Both the position numbers and the translations under genes were made by a program. Shown here piece after piece: positions 9,901 to 18,931 of a stretch of 64,000 nucleotides of DNA. The number at the start of each line of letters is the position of its first letter. The stretch's first letter is position 1. Below the pieces are notes generated by a model that saw nothing but the letters and a program-made list of their open reading frames with translations, did not search any database and had not been told where the DNA came from. This DNA comes from a virus. The stretch covers positions 1-64,000 of IMG/VR virus record IMGVR_UViG_3300025093_000013. One strand, given 5' to 3'.

Positions 9901-11087
9901 GAAAGATGCCTACTTATGTGAGCCCTGTTGAGCTAAGTGATGACGAGATTCTTTCTAGAGTTGAATCTGCTCCTGTTGGTGGTGAGACAAGTGCCACCAC
10001 AGGTGTTAGAGATGGTGTAACACTAACAAACCATCCTTATAGCGGAACAGTTCAATATGTAGACCCAGGTGCAGGAAACTCTACCAACAGGATAGAAGTC
10101 CCTGCTGCTGGATTGGTTGTTAGTGGAATGAATTTCGAGCAGTGTAAAATTAAAACTACTAACCCACTTAGGTTCGTAGACTGCCAGTTCTCTGGACAGA
10201 CTGACTACCACGACGGTATAAATCAATACTATGTTTGTTGGGATAACAACCAAGGTGGTGGTAATATCAATAAGAAGGTAGACTTTGAGTATTGCGACTT
10301 CCGAGGAGGTGGATCTCTAACCTTTATGATGGCCTTTAGAGGTATGCATAAGTGTAACTTTGATAATGTCATTGGAGATTTTATCAGATTTAGATCGGGT
10401 AGTTATAGAGTAACTAACTGCTATTTTGGAAAATATATGAACGCTGAGGATAGTTCATTGAACGGTAATAATGGACACTACAACGCTAACAACGGCTTTA
10501 GTCCTCACGCGGATGCACATCAAATTTACAAATCAGTAAATCCCATAATTCATTTCGGTGATTGTACATTTGATCAAAGGCCCTCTACATGGGGCGATGG
10601 AACTACCAACCCAGACCATTATCAAGGTGCAAACCCTGATAAGATCCATCAGTACGGTGGTAGCACAAGTGATCCAACGGCAACTGATCTAGGTGAGATG
10701 AGGTTTACAAACTGCATTCTTAACGGAGGTGGTCATTACATGTTTACATGTGACCCTGAGTACCCCGTTGCATCTAATGGAAACTGTTTAAAGGGAGAGT
10801 TCTCATTCAAAGATTGTAAGTGGGGAACTGGGCTAAAGTCAGGCTTCTTCAATACAAAAACACACACGCTGACTGATTTGGGAGGAAATGTTTGGTTAGA
10901 AACTGGAACTCCTGGTATAAGACTTCCTCAAGAAGCACTTGATGCAGGAACTACCACCAACCAAGGTAGAAATAATCTTCCAATCTCTTATGTCATCCGA
11001 GGGCTTGATAATGTTAACTTTGGTTCTGACGGTATGAACGAGAGTGGAAGAACTTCCTGGGGACAGCGTGGAGTCGGCTGGGGCTGA
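6990..11087 (+). CDS. Large virion-associated protein: LamG/ConA-like domain plus two pectin-lyase-like beta-helix domains
   Basis: WWFDEGNG..TMEAWFKP..HLVVT..FYVDG..IYRRALTAAEV (LamG). Beta-helix repeats (VTFRNC, ITIEDC) with HADxxQ motifs. Confidence 0.65.
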   Translation: MGWDIRRPKFEGGRTLAARARAWAYAKKALIPPSKNDSFQRGTTSYSDKARYNGTNRVQDGLLCEWWFDEGNGNTIIDRTPLTRESDLNWIENAGAGLLGEWSRDSSQNDRYYLNLSAGGATRNTGSQEFTAGPIAANEVTMEAWFKPSDQDGLATSGPGRIATIVPVNTTYTDQCVMLGHGTWTGNASNHNARSYAARVKMYDTVHQLWSADDTAVTDQLVHLVVTAKYNTELDRAEARFYVDGVLVDSKNVYDDSSEIFEDWDPTARISTGAARNGQKKAKGGYYLTAIYRRALTAAEVSQNFEEGVSPQNGGYKKGTRAVLNDGASTLKAGKADKFEVSLSGGVHLDKLTVTLTASSDNAGFTLGEDFTLTPSTVDLPKGTYVKSVSLSCAADTSADHTVHVSVSSISNNGGTTVVESPSNDANDSFDTAVTAKAVKPDLKFQFDTDPHIIPSPTAAVIDGFTVAKTRDYDESVEFTVSGTATTDNTADYYFWSGGAPGVFSAPFLPISGTNCGYNNEIWQQTYGSPVTLSAWGGDGGVTDKITTNGLLVENAIVNGVVNVKANDVTFRNCLIQGADAGDSPTEYALYALNATFDFTGITIEDCSIERCDSASLLIGNTTVRRCAFYDASFDFIKSQSGDGKGNVTVESCHFQHMGNKAEFPSAHADVWQHRGPGKNLICRWNHFDLPGYFETPPNRVHSASIIWQNKTTDSDGNPIVGIDLSGLVIDSNYFNKGCSNAILLAAKFGPLNNCFVINNKFYGEADDYNNDEGYTTGENNDPYIGMGWCQYHLTAPANETTDNGGPWIPEYTAFNNRHYDGSEVYKTGRGPANSSPMDNVLAPPDIPFYESPVGDKIDLSTGITLTMGPEETSKGVLIYSEATDNNGTFVDGDTVSGVLVSGSVTTGTDAGDSLSVCSTLSTLTIEFNEAGFARNGLGTGTRIPTKTGKFETVIFDDEDDDGNLVANEVGKMPTYVSPVELSDDEILSRVESAPVGGETSATTGVRDGVTLTNHPYSGTVQYVDPGAGNSTNRIEVPAAGLVVSGMNFEQCKIKTTNPLRFVDCQFSGQTDYHDGINQYYVCWDNNQGGGNINKKVDFEYCDFRGGGSLTFMMAFRGMHKCNFDNVIGDFIRFRSGSYRVTNCYFGKYMNAEDSSLNGNNGHYNANNGFSPHADAHQIYKSVNPIIHFGDCTFDQRPSTWGDGTTNPDHYQGANPDKIHQYGGSTSDPTATDLGEMRFTNCILNGGGHYMFTCDPEYPVASNGNCLKGEFSFKDCKWGTGLKSGFFNTKTHTLTDLGGNVWLETGTPGIRLPQEALDAGTTTNQGRNNLPISYVIRGLDNVNFGSDGMNESGRTSWGQRGVGWG

Positions 11088-11101
11088 TACTATAATAGGT
11101 C

Positions 11102-11533
11102 ATGGCTATCTACGAGTTCATCTGTCATGACTGTGAAGTAATTTGGGAACGGGAAGCGCCTATGAGTAAAGCGCCTTCCCGTTCTCGTTGTCCTGAGTGT
11201 AAAAAGCTTAAGAACAGGCATTGGGGCGATGTCCCTGTAATGTTTAATGGCAACGACTACTACACTAACAAGCGCAAGCAGCACAAACTTGTCTACGAAG
11301 ACAAGGCTAAGGGCAAGGAGGTTATGGAAAACCTACTTGATGCCACGAAGCGAATGGGTGAAGAAACTAAATGTCCATACAAACAATATGGGCTTACTGA
11401 AGAAGGCGTCGAAGCCTACGGTGGTGTACGAAAAACAGAGGCTGATAAAAAAATGTCCGAGAAAATGGGTGACAAGATGAAGGAATCAGTCTACAATAAC
11501 AGCCAAGCGTACCGAAACCTTGGCAAACGATAA
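11102..11533 (+). CDS. FmdB-family zinc-ribbon protein
   Basis: MAIYEFICHDC...CPEC. Confidence 0.8.
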   Translation: MAIYEFICHDCEVIWEREAPMSKAPSRSRCPECKKLKNRHWGDVPVMFNGNDYYTNKRKQHKLVYEDKAKGKEVMENLLDATKRMGEETKCPYKQYGLTEEGVEAYGGVRKTEADKKMSEKMGDKMKESVYNNSQAYRNLGKR

Positions 11534-11541
11534 ACAACGAT

Positions 11542-12864
11542 ATGGCATACAACTTTTCAGACAACATTCAGCGAGGCATTCTCAACCTCGCCAAGAGTAA
11601 TCTTGATTTCTTCAACGAGATCGCTCCGCTCGTCAAGTCGGAGTATTTTGAGTACCCAATCCACTCTACGCTATACGAAGGTATCGTGGAGTTCTTTGGG
11701 AAATACCACAAGCTCCCAAATGACGATTTCCTTCTTGAGTTCTGCAAGGATCGCAAGAGGCAGTCGGAGTCTGTCGCTGAGTATGAGGACGAGATCTGTT
11801 TCGTCAACAACCTTGATGCCTCCACAGTCCAGAACACTGAGTTCATCGTAGACTGTGTGGAGAAGTTTGCTCGCAGAGAATCAATGAAGCAAGCCATCAC
11901 CAAGTCTGTTGACCTCATGCGAGATGGACGCTTCGATGAGATCGAGACTGAGGTGAAGGAAGCCCTTCTGGTTGCACGCAGCCAGGACTTCGGCCAAGAT
12001 TACTTCAAAGACACCGAAGCACGATGGGAGCGCCTTCTGACCGTCAATGATGACGATTACATCAAGACTTGCCTGCCTAGCCTTGATCGTGGTCTGAATG
12101 GTGGTGGTCTTCGTAAAAAGGAACTTGCTATGGTTGTTGCTCCTCCTGGGGTCGGCAAGTCCCTTTACCTAGCCAATCAGGCAGTGAAGTGTCTGATTGA
12201 GAATCTGAAAGTTGTTTATATATCGTTGGAGATGAGTGAAGATAGGGTGGGTCAACGCATCGACTCTATCTCCACTCTGATCCCTCAGAAGCTTCTTGGT
12301 CAGGAGCGTGAGCAAAAGATGCTACGCCAACGACACAAGATCTTCCAAGACCGCTTCCCCAAGGCTAACCTCCGCATCAAGGAGTTCCCCACGGGCATGG
12401 CAAATGTAAACACTATTCGGGCGTATCTCAACCAACTAAAAAGCTACGAGGATTTCGTACCCGATGTGCTTGTCATCGACTACATGGAGCTACTCCGTCC
12501 AGTTCGTGAAGGCATGAGTGAGTACGAGGCTCAACAGCGTATTGCAGAGGAGCTACGAGGCATTGGTGTCGAGCAGGACATGCTGATCTGGACTGCTACC
12601 CAGACGAACCGTGCTGGTCGTGGAGCCCGTCTCATCACCGACGAACACCTGGGCGACAGCTATGGTAAGTTCCGTGTGGTGGACCTTGCAATCTCTCTCA
12701 ACCAAGACGAAGAAGAGTTCGATGAGGGCATGATGCGAGCCTATGTTATGAAGGCCAGAAATGGCAAGGCTAGGTTCGTGATCCCCATGACCATCAACTA
12801 TAATGTATTGGTTATGCAAGAGGTTGACCATGACGAGAACCAAGAGCCTGAAGCAGAAAATTAA
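11542..12864 (+). CDS. Replicative DnaB-like helicase (T4 gp41-like)
   Basis: Walker A APPGVGKS, ISLEMSE, VIDYMEL, WTATQTNR, KARNG. Confidence 0.93.
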   Translation: MAYNFSDNIQRGILNLAKSNLDFFNEIAPLVKSEYFEYPIHSTLYEGIVEFFGKYHKLPNDDFLLEFCKDRKRQSESVAEYEDEICFVNNLDASTVQNTEFIVDCVEKFARRESMKQAITKSVDLMRDGRFDEIETEVKEALLVARSQDFGQDYFKDTEARWERLLTVNDDDYIKTCLPSLDRGLNGGGLRKKELAMVVAPPGVGKSLYLANQAVKCLIENLKVVYISLEMSEDRVGQRIDSISTLIPQKLLGQEREQKMLRQRHKIFQDRFPKANLRIKEFPTGMANVNTIRAYLNQLKSYEDFVPDVLVIDYMELLRPVREGMSEYEAQQRIAEELRGIGVEQDMLIWTATQTNRAGRGARLITDEHLGDSYGKFRVVDLAISLNQDEEEFDEGMMRAYVMKARNGKARFVIPMTINYNVLVMQEVDHDENQEPEAEN

Positions 12865-13201
12865 GGATATAGGCTATCTCCACTTTGGTTGGGCCGCATT
12901 CAACATCATCTTCAAAAAGGACCTGTCCTACATGGGTGATGATTGTCTCGGCCTGACCGACTTCGATAAGCTGGAGATCATATTAGACGATACTGCCAAG
13001 GACCATGTTCTTCGTCCGACCCTGGTGCATGAGATCTTTCATGTTATCTTTTCTACGACTGGGCTGAGGGCTGATGATGAGGACTCTACGGTGGAGCTAA
13101 AAACAACTAACGAATTTGTTGTGGAATCTGCTACCCGTGGACTATTATTGTTTCAACACCTGAATCCTGAACTGTGGAGCGTGATATTCGATGAAGAGTG
13201 A
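12830..13201 (+). CDS. Hypothetical HEXXH metallopeptidase-like protein
   Basis: TLVHEIFHV motif. Confidence 0.55.
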   Translation: MTRTKSLKQKIKDIGYLHFGWAAFNIIFKKDLSYMGDDCLGLTDFDKLEIILDDTAKDHVLRPTLVHEIFHVIFSTTGLRADDEDSTVELKTTNEFVVESATRGLLLFQHLNPELWSVIFDEE

Positions 13202-13640
13202 TGACCTACTAAAAGCATACGACGAGCTAGACATGGATCTTTACCTTAAGCTCGCGGACAGCCTGCTTAGTATCGATAAGTTTTCTGTAAACGACGAGAT
13301 CCTTAAGCACTCTCGTATTTATTCCTACTACTGTGGTCTACTAGAGTTTGCGACCAAGAGCGTCAAGGACTACGAGGTAGACATGGAGAAGCATGAGGTG
13401 GATTTGAAAAATGATGCCCGTGATGCTATTATTCAAGCTGGGGCAAGGGCAACGGTCGCTGCTGTCGATGACTATGTTGGCCGTGATTCTACCCTACATA
13501 GTATGAAGAAGAACCTTGAGGAGAAGCGTTACAAGCAGGGTCTCCTCAAGTCTCTAGTCCAATCTATGTCACATAGAAAGGATCTGCTTGTACAACTATC
13601 TGCAAATTCTCGCGCTGAGACGAGAATGATCACTGACTGA
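13191..13640 (+). CDS. UvsY-like recombination mediator (putative)
   Basis: Helical ~150 aa protein between the helicase and SSB, with a TVAAVDDYV segment. Position and size match. Confidence 0.5.
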   Translation: MKSDDLLKAYDELDMDLYLKLADSLLSIDKFSVNDEILKHSRIYSYYCGLLEFATKSVKDYEVDMEKHEVDLKNDARDAIIQAGARATVAAVDDYVGRDSTLHSMKKNLEEKRYKQGLLKSLVQSMSHRKDLLVQLSANSRAETRMITD

Positions 13641-13663
13641 ACTACTATATAAGGAAACTAACT

Positions 13664-14437
13664 ATGGCTATTGACCTAAACGCGCTTCGTGCGAAGCACC
13701 AACAACTTACTAACCCTAAAACTGGTGGTGGAGATCAGGACTTCCTGAACAAATTCTACCAAGTAAAGGAGGGCGAGGCTTACCTTCGTATCCTTCCTGC
13801 TCCTGCGGATTCTGACAAGAACTTCTACGCAGAGACTAAGATCCACCGTGTTCCTCAACCTGATGGCTCGGTGAAGAATGTACACTGCCGTAAGGTGCAT
13901 GGGGAGAAGTGCCCTCTCTGTGACCTGTACTACGGTCTGTGGAAAACTGGTTCCAAGGAGGACGAGGACCTTGCTCGGCAAATCAAGCCCCGTGCTCGCT
14001 ACTACCTGAACGCCTATGACCGTGAGAACGAGGAGGTCAAGATCTTCTCCATCGGCGTTATTCTCTTCCAGAAGATTGTTGAGACCATGATGGATCCCGA
14101 CTACGCTGATCTTTTCGAGGAGTCTGAGAATGGTATCCTTGATACCGAGATCGGCCACGACTTCAAGCTTCATATGAAGAAGGAAGGACAATGGCCCAAG
14201 TACGATCAGTCGATGTTCCGCCCCAAGGCAACATCGCTTGGCAGCAAGAAGATGATCTCAGAGGTGATGGAGTCTCTTCACGATATTCACTCCCTTGTGA
14301 AGCTTGAAGAGTACGATGATGTGAAAGAGGCGGTTCTCAACCTGCGGCCTGAGCTTATGCCACGGGAACGCACTCTTCAAGAGGATTCTTCGGATGCAGG
14401 TTCCGATGATGATTTTACTAAGAGGTTAATGTCATGA
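13664..14437 (+). CDS. Single-stranded DNA-binding protein (T4 gp32-like)
   Basis: LRILP, HC...CPLC zinc site, KYDQSMF, acidic C-terminal tail. Confidence 0.85.
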   Translation: MAIDLNALRAKHQQLTNPKTGGGDQDFLNKFYQVKEGEAYLRILPAPADSDKNFYAETKIHRVPQPDGSVKNVHCRKVHGEKCPLCDLYYGLWKTGSKEDEDLARQIKPRARYYLNAYDRENEEVKIFSIGVILFQKIVETMMDPDYADLFEESENGILDTEIGHDFKLHMKKEGQWPKYDQSMFRPKATSLGSKKMISEVMESLHDIHSLVKLEEYDDVKEAVLNLRPELMPRERTLQEDSSDAGSDDDFTKRLMS

Positions 14438-14991
14438 AACTTATCAATGTAATCGCAGCCTCAGTCCTAGTGTTCGGTACTACATCGTGCGCTGTTCTGA
14501 AGGAACTTATTGGTGACGGTACAGTCTTTACCACAGCCGATCAACTTGCCGAAGGTCAACAGGGCGCTGTCATCCCTTGGGAACAGCTTCCTGAGGAGAT
14601 CAAGGCTAAGATTCCTGAGGGCACTCAGGTCGTTGTAGCAGACAAGGAGCAACTTAAAGAAGATGCTGCTTATATCGCTGCTACTCCAGACGAGGGTGAC
14701 ATCGGGGCCATGATCGACGCTGGCTTTGGTATCGCAAGTACCTTCCTTCCTGGCCTTGCTGCATGGGAGGGCGTTGTAACGATGTTCTCTCAGCGTAAGC
14801 GCAAGCACTATGTTAAGGCAGCCAAGTCCCTTGTACCACACAAGGGAGATCCTACAGTTGATGTAGGTGGGACTGTCAAGGCTGTTGCTTCTGCACTTGG
14901 CCTAGCACACTCAACTGAGGCATCAAAGATTGCTGCTGACGATGAGCATGAGTACGAGTACGAAGAAGTACCCGAAGAGTCTGTTTCGTGA
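14434..14991 (+). CDS. Predicted lipoprotein
   Basis: Signal peptide ending VLVFGTTSC (lipobox-like). Confidence 0.55.
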   Translation: MKLINVIAASVLVFGTTSCAVLKELIGDGTVFTTADQLAEGQQGAVIPWEQLPEEIKAKIPEGTQVVVADKEQLKEDAAYIAATPDEGDIGAMIDAGFGIASTFLPGLAAWEGVVTMFSQRKRKHYVKAAKSLVPHKGDPTVDVGGTVKAVASALGLAHSTEASKIAADDEHEYEYEEVPEESVS

Positions 14992-14994
14992 TAA

Positions 14995-15130
14995 TCGCTG
15001 TGTCTGAGACAATCCCGACGAAGGAGGTGATCCTACTAGAGTGTTCTAGAGGGATCCTGTCGGGCAGCGAAGATTAGACAGTCTAGAAACTCGAAAAAAG
15101 CGTTAGACGGGCGCTTTAAAAATCTCAGGC
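14995..15130 (+). ncRNA. Candidate structured RNA containing AAGGAGGUGAUCC (complement of the 16S rRNA 3' end)
   Basis: Nested stems CCCGAC/GTCGGG, GATCC/GGATC, CTAGA/TCTAG, TCGCTG/CAGCGA. Possible H-type pseudoknot GTCTAG/TTAGAC plus AAAGCG/CGCTTT. Confidence 0.6.
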
Positions 15131-15143
15131 TGGCACTATAATA

Positions 15144-15173
15144 GGGAGACGGTTCAAAGCCGTCTCCCTTCTT
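15144..15173 (+). terminator. GC-rich hairpin, probable intrinsic terminator
   Basis: GGGAGACGG-ttcaaag-CCGTCTCCC followed by TTCTT. Confidence 0.55.
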
Positions 15174-15758
15174 ATGTTTAAGCAGTTTCAAAGACAGTCC
15201 TTCTGGTCTGGTTTACTACAAAAAGCCTTAGCAAAAGGAACTATTCATGATTCTCTAGGAACAGGAATAGATCACTGCTTATTCAATGCTATTGAGTACA
15301 GGCATATTTCTCTAATAGAAAAACTAATACACAGAGGTAATCTGGATCCTATCAAGACTCCTTTAACCACTGATTCTAATCTCAAAGATCATCTAAAGAA
15401 TTCTAATACTAAGGTTTTAGATGTTGCATGTGGATATGGAAGATTCGCTAAATACTTCAACCCACACAACTACATGGGGGTTGACAGTTGCCAGTCTTTC
15501 ATATCTCTGGCAACTGAAAATAATCCAGAGCATACTTTTTTAGTAGCGGATGTTAGCCACCTGAACTTTGATGATAAAGAGTATGATCTTGGGATAGTAT
15601 GTGGTTTTAGGCGAATGATCTGTGATTCAGATGGGCTAAAGGAGTGGAATAAGATTAACAAAGAAATTAAGAGAGTATGCAAGAAGGTTTTATACCTTGA
15701 ATATACTAACGGAAATTCATATTTCTTACTAGATGACTACGAGATTTACAATGGATAA
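15174..15758 (+). CDS. Class I SAM-dependent methyltransferase
   Basis: VLDVACGYGR motif I, YMGVD. Confidence 0.85.
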   Translation: MFKQFQRQSFWSGLLQKALAKGTIHDSLGTGIDHCLFNAIEYRHISLIEKLIHRGNLDPIKTPLTTDSNLKDHLKNSNTKVLDVACGYGRFAKYFNPHNYMGVDSCQSFISLATENNPEHTFLVADVSHLNFDDKEYDLGIVCGFRRMICDSDGLKEWNKINKEIKRVCKKVLYLEYTNGNSYFLLDDYEIYNG

Positions 15759-16947
15759 TAAACTAAAGATACTAGTTGTACCTGCCAATGATGGTGGATG
15801 TGCGTATTACAGAGCGTGGCTACCTTTTAATAAGCTGGCTCAACACTATGGCGATAAAGTAGAAGTTCGCTTTAACAAGAACCCTTTGGGCATAGAAGAA
15901 GAGGGTGAAAGGCAGGGGCAGTGGAAACAGGACTGGGAGTTCGAGGATATGAAGTGGGCTGATATTATCTTCACTCAGAACCTTAGTAACTTTGGTGGAC
16001 CATATACCGCTCGTATCGTAGGCAAGGCTAAAGAGTTTGGCAAGTTCATGCACTACGACACTGATGACCTTCTGACCGATGTTTACAAAGGTCACAGGCT
16101 AGAGAAGGTATACGAGGAGCGAGGACTTAGTGAGATTACTAAGTTTATCTATCACAACTCTGACCTCGTAACTGTAACTCAACAGAAGTTTGCAGAAAGG
16201 GTACATCCCTTCTGTGGTGAAAAGACAACTCTTGCGATTGTAAAGAATGCCATTGATTACGAGCTTCCTTGCTGGAACATGCCAAAGGTTTCACCACAAA
16301 GGAAGAATCTATGTCGTGTAGGCTGGGTAGGAGGCATTCACCATGAGCAGGACCTGAGAGAGTTTGTAGGTGTTCCTTGGCTTGTGAACCAAAAGGCAGG
16401 CCGTGAGCGCGTTCACTGGGACTTCTATGGACGCCCCCCAGTGCCCCCAGACACAAAACCAGACTGGCAACAGGATGTATGGGACAACTATACTAGAATG
16501 CTCACAGCGGGCTTTAGAGGAGCTAGGAACTGGGCTGTACGACAAGCCATGGGTCCTGATCGCTATGGTGAGTTCTACACTCACATGGATGTAGCAATCG
16601 CTCCTCTACAATTCAATGCGTTCAATGACAGTAAGAGTGAGATTAAAGTAGCTGAGTGTGGCCGTTATGGTATTCCTCTTGTAGCTACAGACTGTGGATG
16701 CTACGACGAGACTATTAAGAATGGTCATACAGGATACTTGATTGACAAGAACAACACCAAGTCTGATTGGGTAAAGGTCATGACCAGAATGATCAAGGAC
16801 AAGAAAGGTCGTGAGGAGATGGGCGCTAACCTTAAGAGCGTCACTGATCAATACTTTGATATCAACAAGGTCGTCAAGTTTAGACTGGATCTCTACAAGC
16901 AACTACAAATCAAAAATGAAGTTCTCGATAATAGTGCCGCACTATGA
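15751..16947 (+). CDS. Glycosyltransferase (GT-B, GT4-like)
   Basis: GGCAYYR, YDTDD, DVAIAPL..FNDSKSEIK..E, TGYLI. Confidence 0.85.
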   Translation: MDNKLKILVVPANDGGCAYYRAWLPFNKLAQHYGDKVEVRFNKNPLGIEEEGERQGQWKQDWEFEDMKWADIIFTQNLSNFGGPYTARIVGKAKEFGKFMHYDTDDLLTDVYKGHRLEKVYEERGLSEITKFIYHNSDLVTVTQQKFAERVHPFCGEKTTLAIVKNAIDYELPCWNMPKVSPQRKNLCRVGWVGGIHHEQDLREFVGVPWLVNQKAGRERVHWDFYGRPPVPPDTKPDWQQDVWDNYTRMLTAGFRGARNWAVRQAMGPDRYGEFYTHMDVAIAPLQFNAFNDSKSEIKVAECGRYGIPLVATDCGCYDETIKNGHTGYLIDKNNTKSDWVKVMTRMIKDKKGREEMGANLKSVTDQYFDINKVVKFRLDLYKQLQIKNEVLDNSAAL

Positions 16948-17518
16948 CGGAGTGATTGATGACAAGACTCTATGCTTATGCATGGACAACCTATCTCAAT
17001 CAAAGTTCAAAGACTTCGAGGTCTTGCTGTACCACGATGGTCCTGTATCTAGACCACTGCCTAAATTCTCTGGGTACAATTTAGATCTGAAAGTAAGGGA
17101 AACTAAAAAAAGGTACAATGACTGGGGACACAGCCTAAGAGATCTCGGTATTAAAGAAGCAAAAGGTGAATATATAATTCATCTAAACCCTGACAATATT
17201 TTGTATACTGATACTTTGCAAGAGATCGCAAAGATGGATAGCGACATCATCATATGCCCAGTGATCCTAGATGGCACCATTAGAAAAAAAGAAGGGTTAC
17301 TTCGGACTGGTAAAGATGGAGATCAAGTTATATTAGACGGGCATCCCCCTATCCATCAAAACATAGACGCAATGCAATTGGTAATGAAGACATCTCTTTG
17401 GAGAAAGAACGGAGGATGGTTCGACAAGTCCGAGCAGTCTGATGGGCTTATGTATCAAAAGTTTTGTTTAGAAAACGACTTCATTTATTGCGGTCACATT
17501 ATTGGAGTTCATAGATGA
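16916..17518 (+). CDS. Glycosyltransferase family 2
   Basis: FSIIVPHY, HDG, GIKEAKGEYIIHLNPDN. Confidence 0.8.
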   Translation: MKFSIIVPHYDGVIDDKTLCLCMDNLSQSKFKDFEVLLYHDGPVSRPLPKFSGYNLDLKVRETKKRYNDWGHSLRDLGIKEAKGEYIIHLNPDNILYTDTLQEIAKMDSDIIICPVILDGTIRKKEGLLRTGKDGDQVILDGHPPIHQNIDAMQLVMKTSLWRKNGGWFDKSEQSDGLMYQKFCLENDFIYCGHIIGVHR

Positions 17519-18135
17519 TTCATTTCGTAGTCCCAGCGAGAAAAGGGTCAAAAGGTCTTCCCTTCAAGAATAGGGTTTTGATCAATCACTTAGACTACGA
17601 AGATATAAAACAAGACCTTGTTGTATACACAGACGATGAAGTGATACAACAAAGTTGTAACTCCATAGGTCTAAGGTTTCTTGACAGACCTAATGCTTTA
17701 TCTGTAGATACTACATCTCCTAAAGAGTTGATGGTGGAGTATTGCAAGAACCTTCCTAAAGATGATGTCGTGGTAATGTTGTACTTAACATACCCAGAGA
17801 GGACATCTAAGGATATCAAGAAAGCACTTGAGTTCTTTAAATCATCTAGAGCTTCTAGTATGCTGTGTAGGAAAGAAGTTAAAGTTTCTCCTTTCTTAAT
17901 GATGTTAGAAAAACATGATAATAAAGGAACGCAGTTAGTTAAGCACGACTATTATAGAAGACAAGACTACCCTTCTTGTTTTGAGATAAGCCATTTCGTC
18001 TGTGCCTTTAAGGTATCTGAGTTAGAAAGCTTAAACTCTAATATGTACAACGAGGATACAGTCTACTATCCTATAGATGATAAGGTGGATGTCGATCATC
18101 AACAAGACTATGACAAGTACAAAAGTAATAGCTGA
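17515..18135 (+). CDS. neuA: Acylneuraminate (CMP-nonulosonate) cytidylyltransferase
   Basis: VPARKGSKGLPFKN, TYPER, VDVDHQQD. Confidence 0.85.
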   Translation: MIHFVVPARKGSKGLPFKNRVLINHLDYEDIKQDLVVYTDDEVIQQSCNSIGLRFLDRPNALSVDTTSPKELMVEYCKNLPKDDVVVMLYLTYPERTSKDIKKALEFFKSSRASSMLCRKEVKVSPFLMMLEKHDNKGTQLVKHDYYRRQDYPSCFEISHFVCAFKVSELESLNSNMYNEDTVYYPIDDKVDVDHQQDYDKYKSNS

Positions 18136-18931
18136 GATAGGAATCAACCATAACGGCAGCGTTGAGATAGCTAAGAAGCTTATTGATGCGGCAGCGTTAG
18201 CAGGGTGCGACTATGTAAAGTTTCAGAAGAGAACCCCAGAGGTCTGCGTACCAGATCATCAAAAGGATGTTATGAGATCAACTCCTTGGGGAGAAATGAC
18301 CTACCTTGATTACAAGCACAAGGTAGAGTTTGAGAAACCACAGTACGACGAGATAGACGCATACTGTAAAGAGAAAGGTATAGGTTGGTTCGCCTCCGTG
18401 TGGGACGAACCTTCTTCATACTTTATGAGGGAGTATGTTGATATAACAAAGATTCCTTCCGCACTCATTACTGACCTAACTTTATGTAAGACAGCTAGAG
18501 AACACTCAAGCACTCTCCTGATCTCTACAGGCATGAGTGAAGAGAGTGAGATCGTTGATTGTGTTGGGGCTTGTAACCCTGATGTAATTATGCACACTAA
18601 CTCAAGCTACCCTTCACCTGTTAGTGAGCTAAACCTTAACTATATCACATCTCTACGAGAAAACTTCCCTGGTAGAGATATAGGCTACAGCGGTCATGAG
18701 TATGGTCTAGTTACTACTTTTGCCTCAGTAGCCATGGGAGCTACCTGGGTAGAGAGACATGTCACCCTGGACAGAACCATGTGGGGTAGTGATCATCTCG
18801 CCTCAGTAGAGCCACTAGGACTTTTAAAGCTAGTGAAGGGCATTAGGGATGTAGAGCTATCCTTGGGTGATGGTGGTCCTAGGGTCTGTGCTGGTGTAGA
18901 ACTTGAGAAACGAAAGAGTCTAAGAGGATGA
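18110..18931 (+). CDS. neuB: N-acetylneuraminate/nonulosonate synthase
   Basis: IAEIGINHNG, VKFQKR, ISTGMS, GYSGHE, VERHVTLD, GSDH. Confidence 0.92.
   Translation: MTSTKVIAEIGINHNGSVEIAKKLIDAAALAGCDYVKFQKRTPEVCVPDHQKDVMRSTPWGEMTYLDYKHKVEFEKPQYDEIDAYCKEKGIGWFASVWDEPSSYFMREYVDITKIPSALITDLTLCKTAREHSSTLLISTGMSEESEIVDCVGACNPDVIMHTNSSYPSPVSELNLNYITSLRENFPGRDIGYSGHEYGLVTTFASVAMGATWVERHVTLDRTMWGSDHLASVEPLGLLKLVKGIRDVELSLGDGGPRVCAGVELEKRKSLRG

Noticed and set aside
15021-15033. 16S rRNA gene fragment on the minus strand, or tmRNA
   Set aside because: Only 13 nt match the 16S tail and the flanks are not rRNA-like. There is no tRNA-like acceptor or T-arm and no CCA end for tmRNA.
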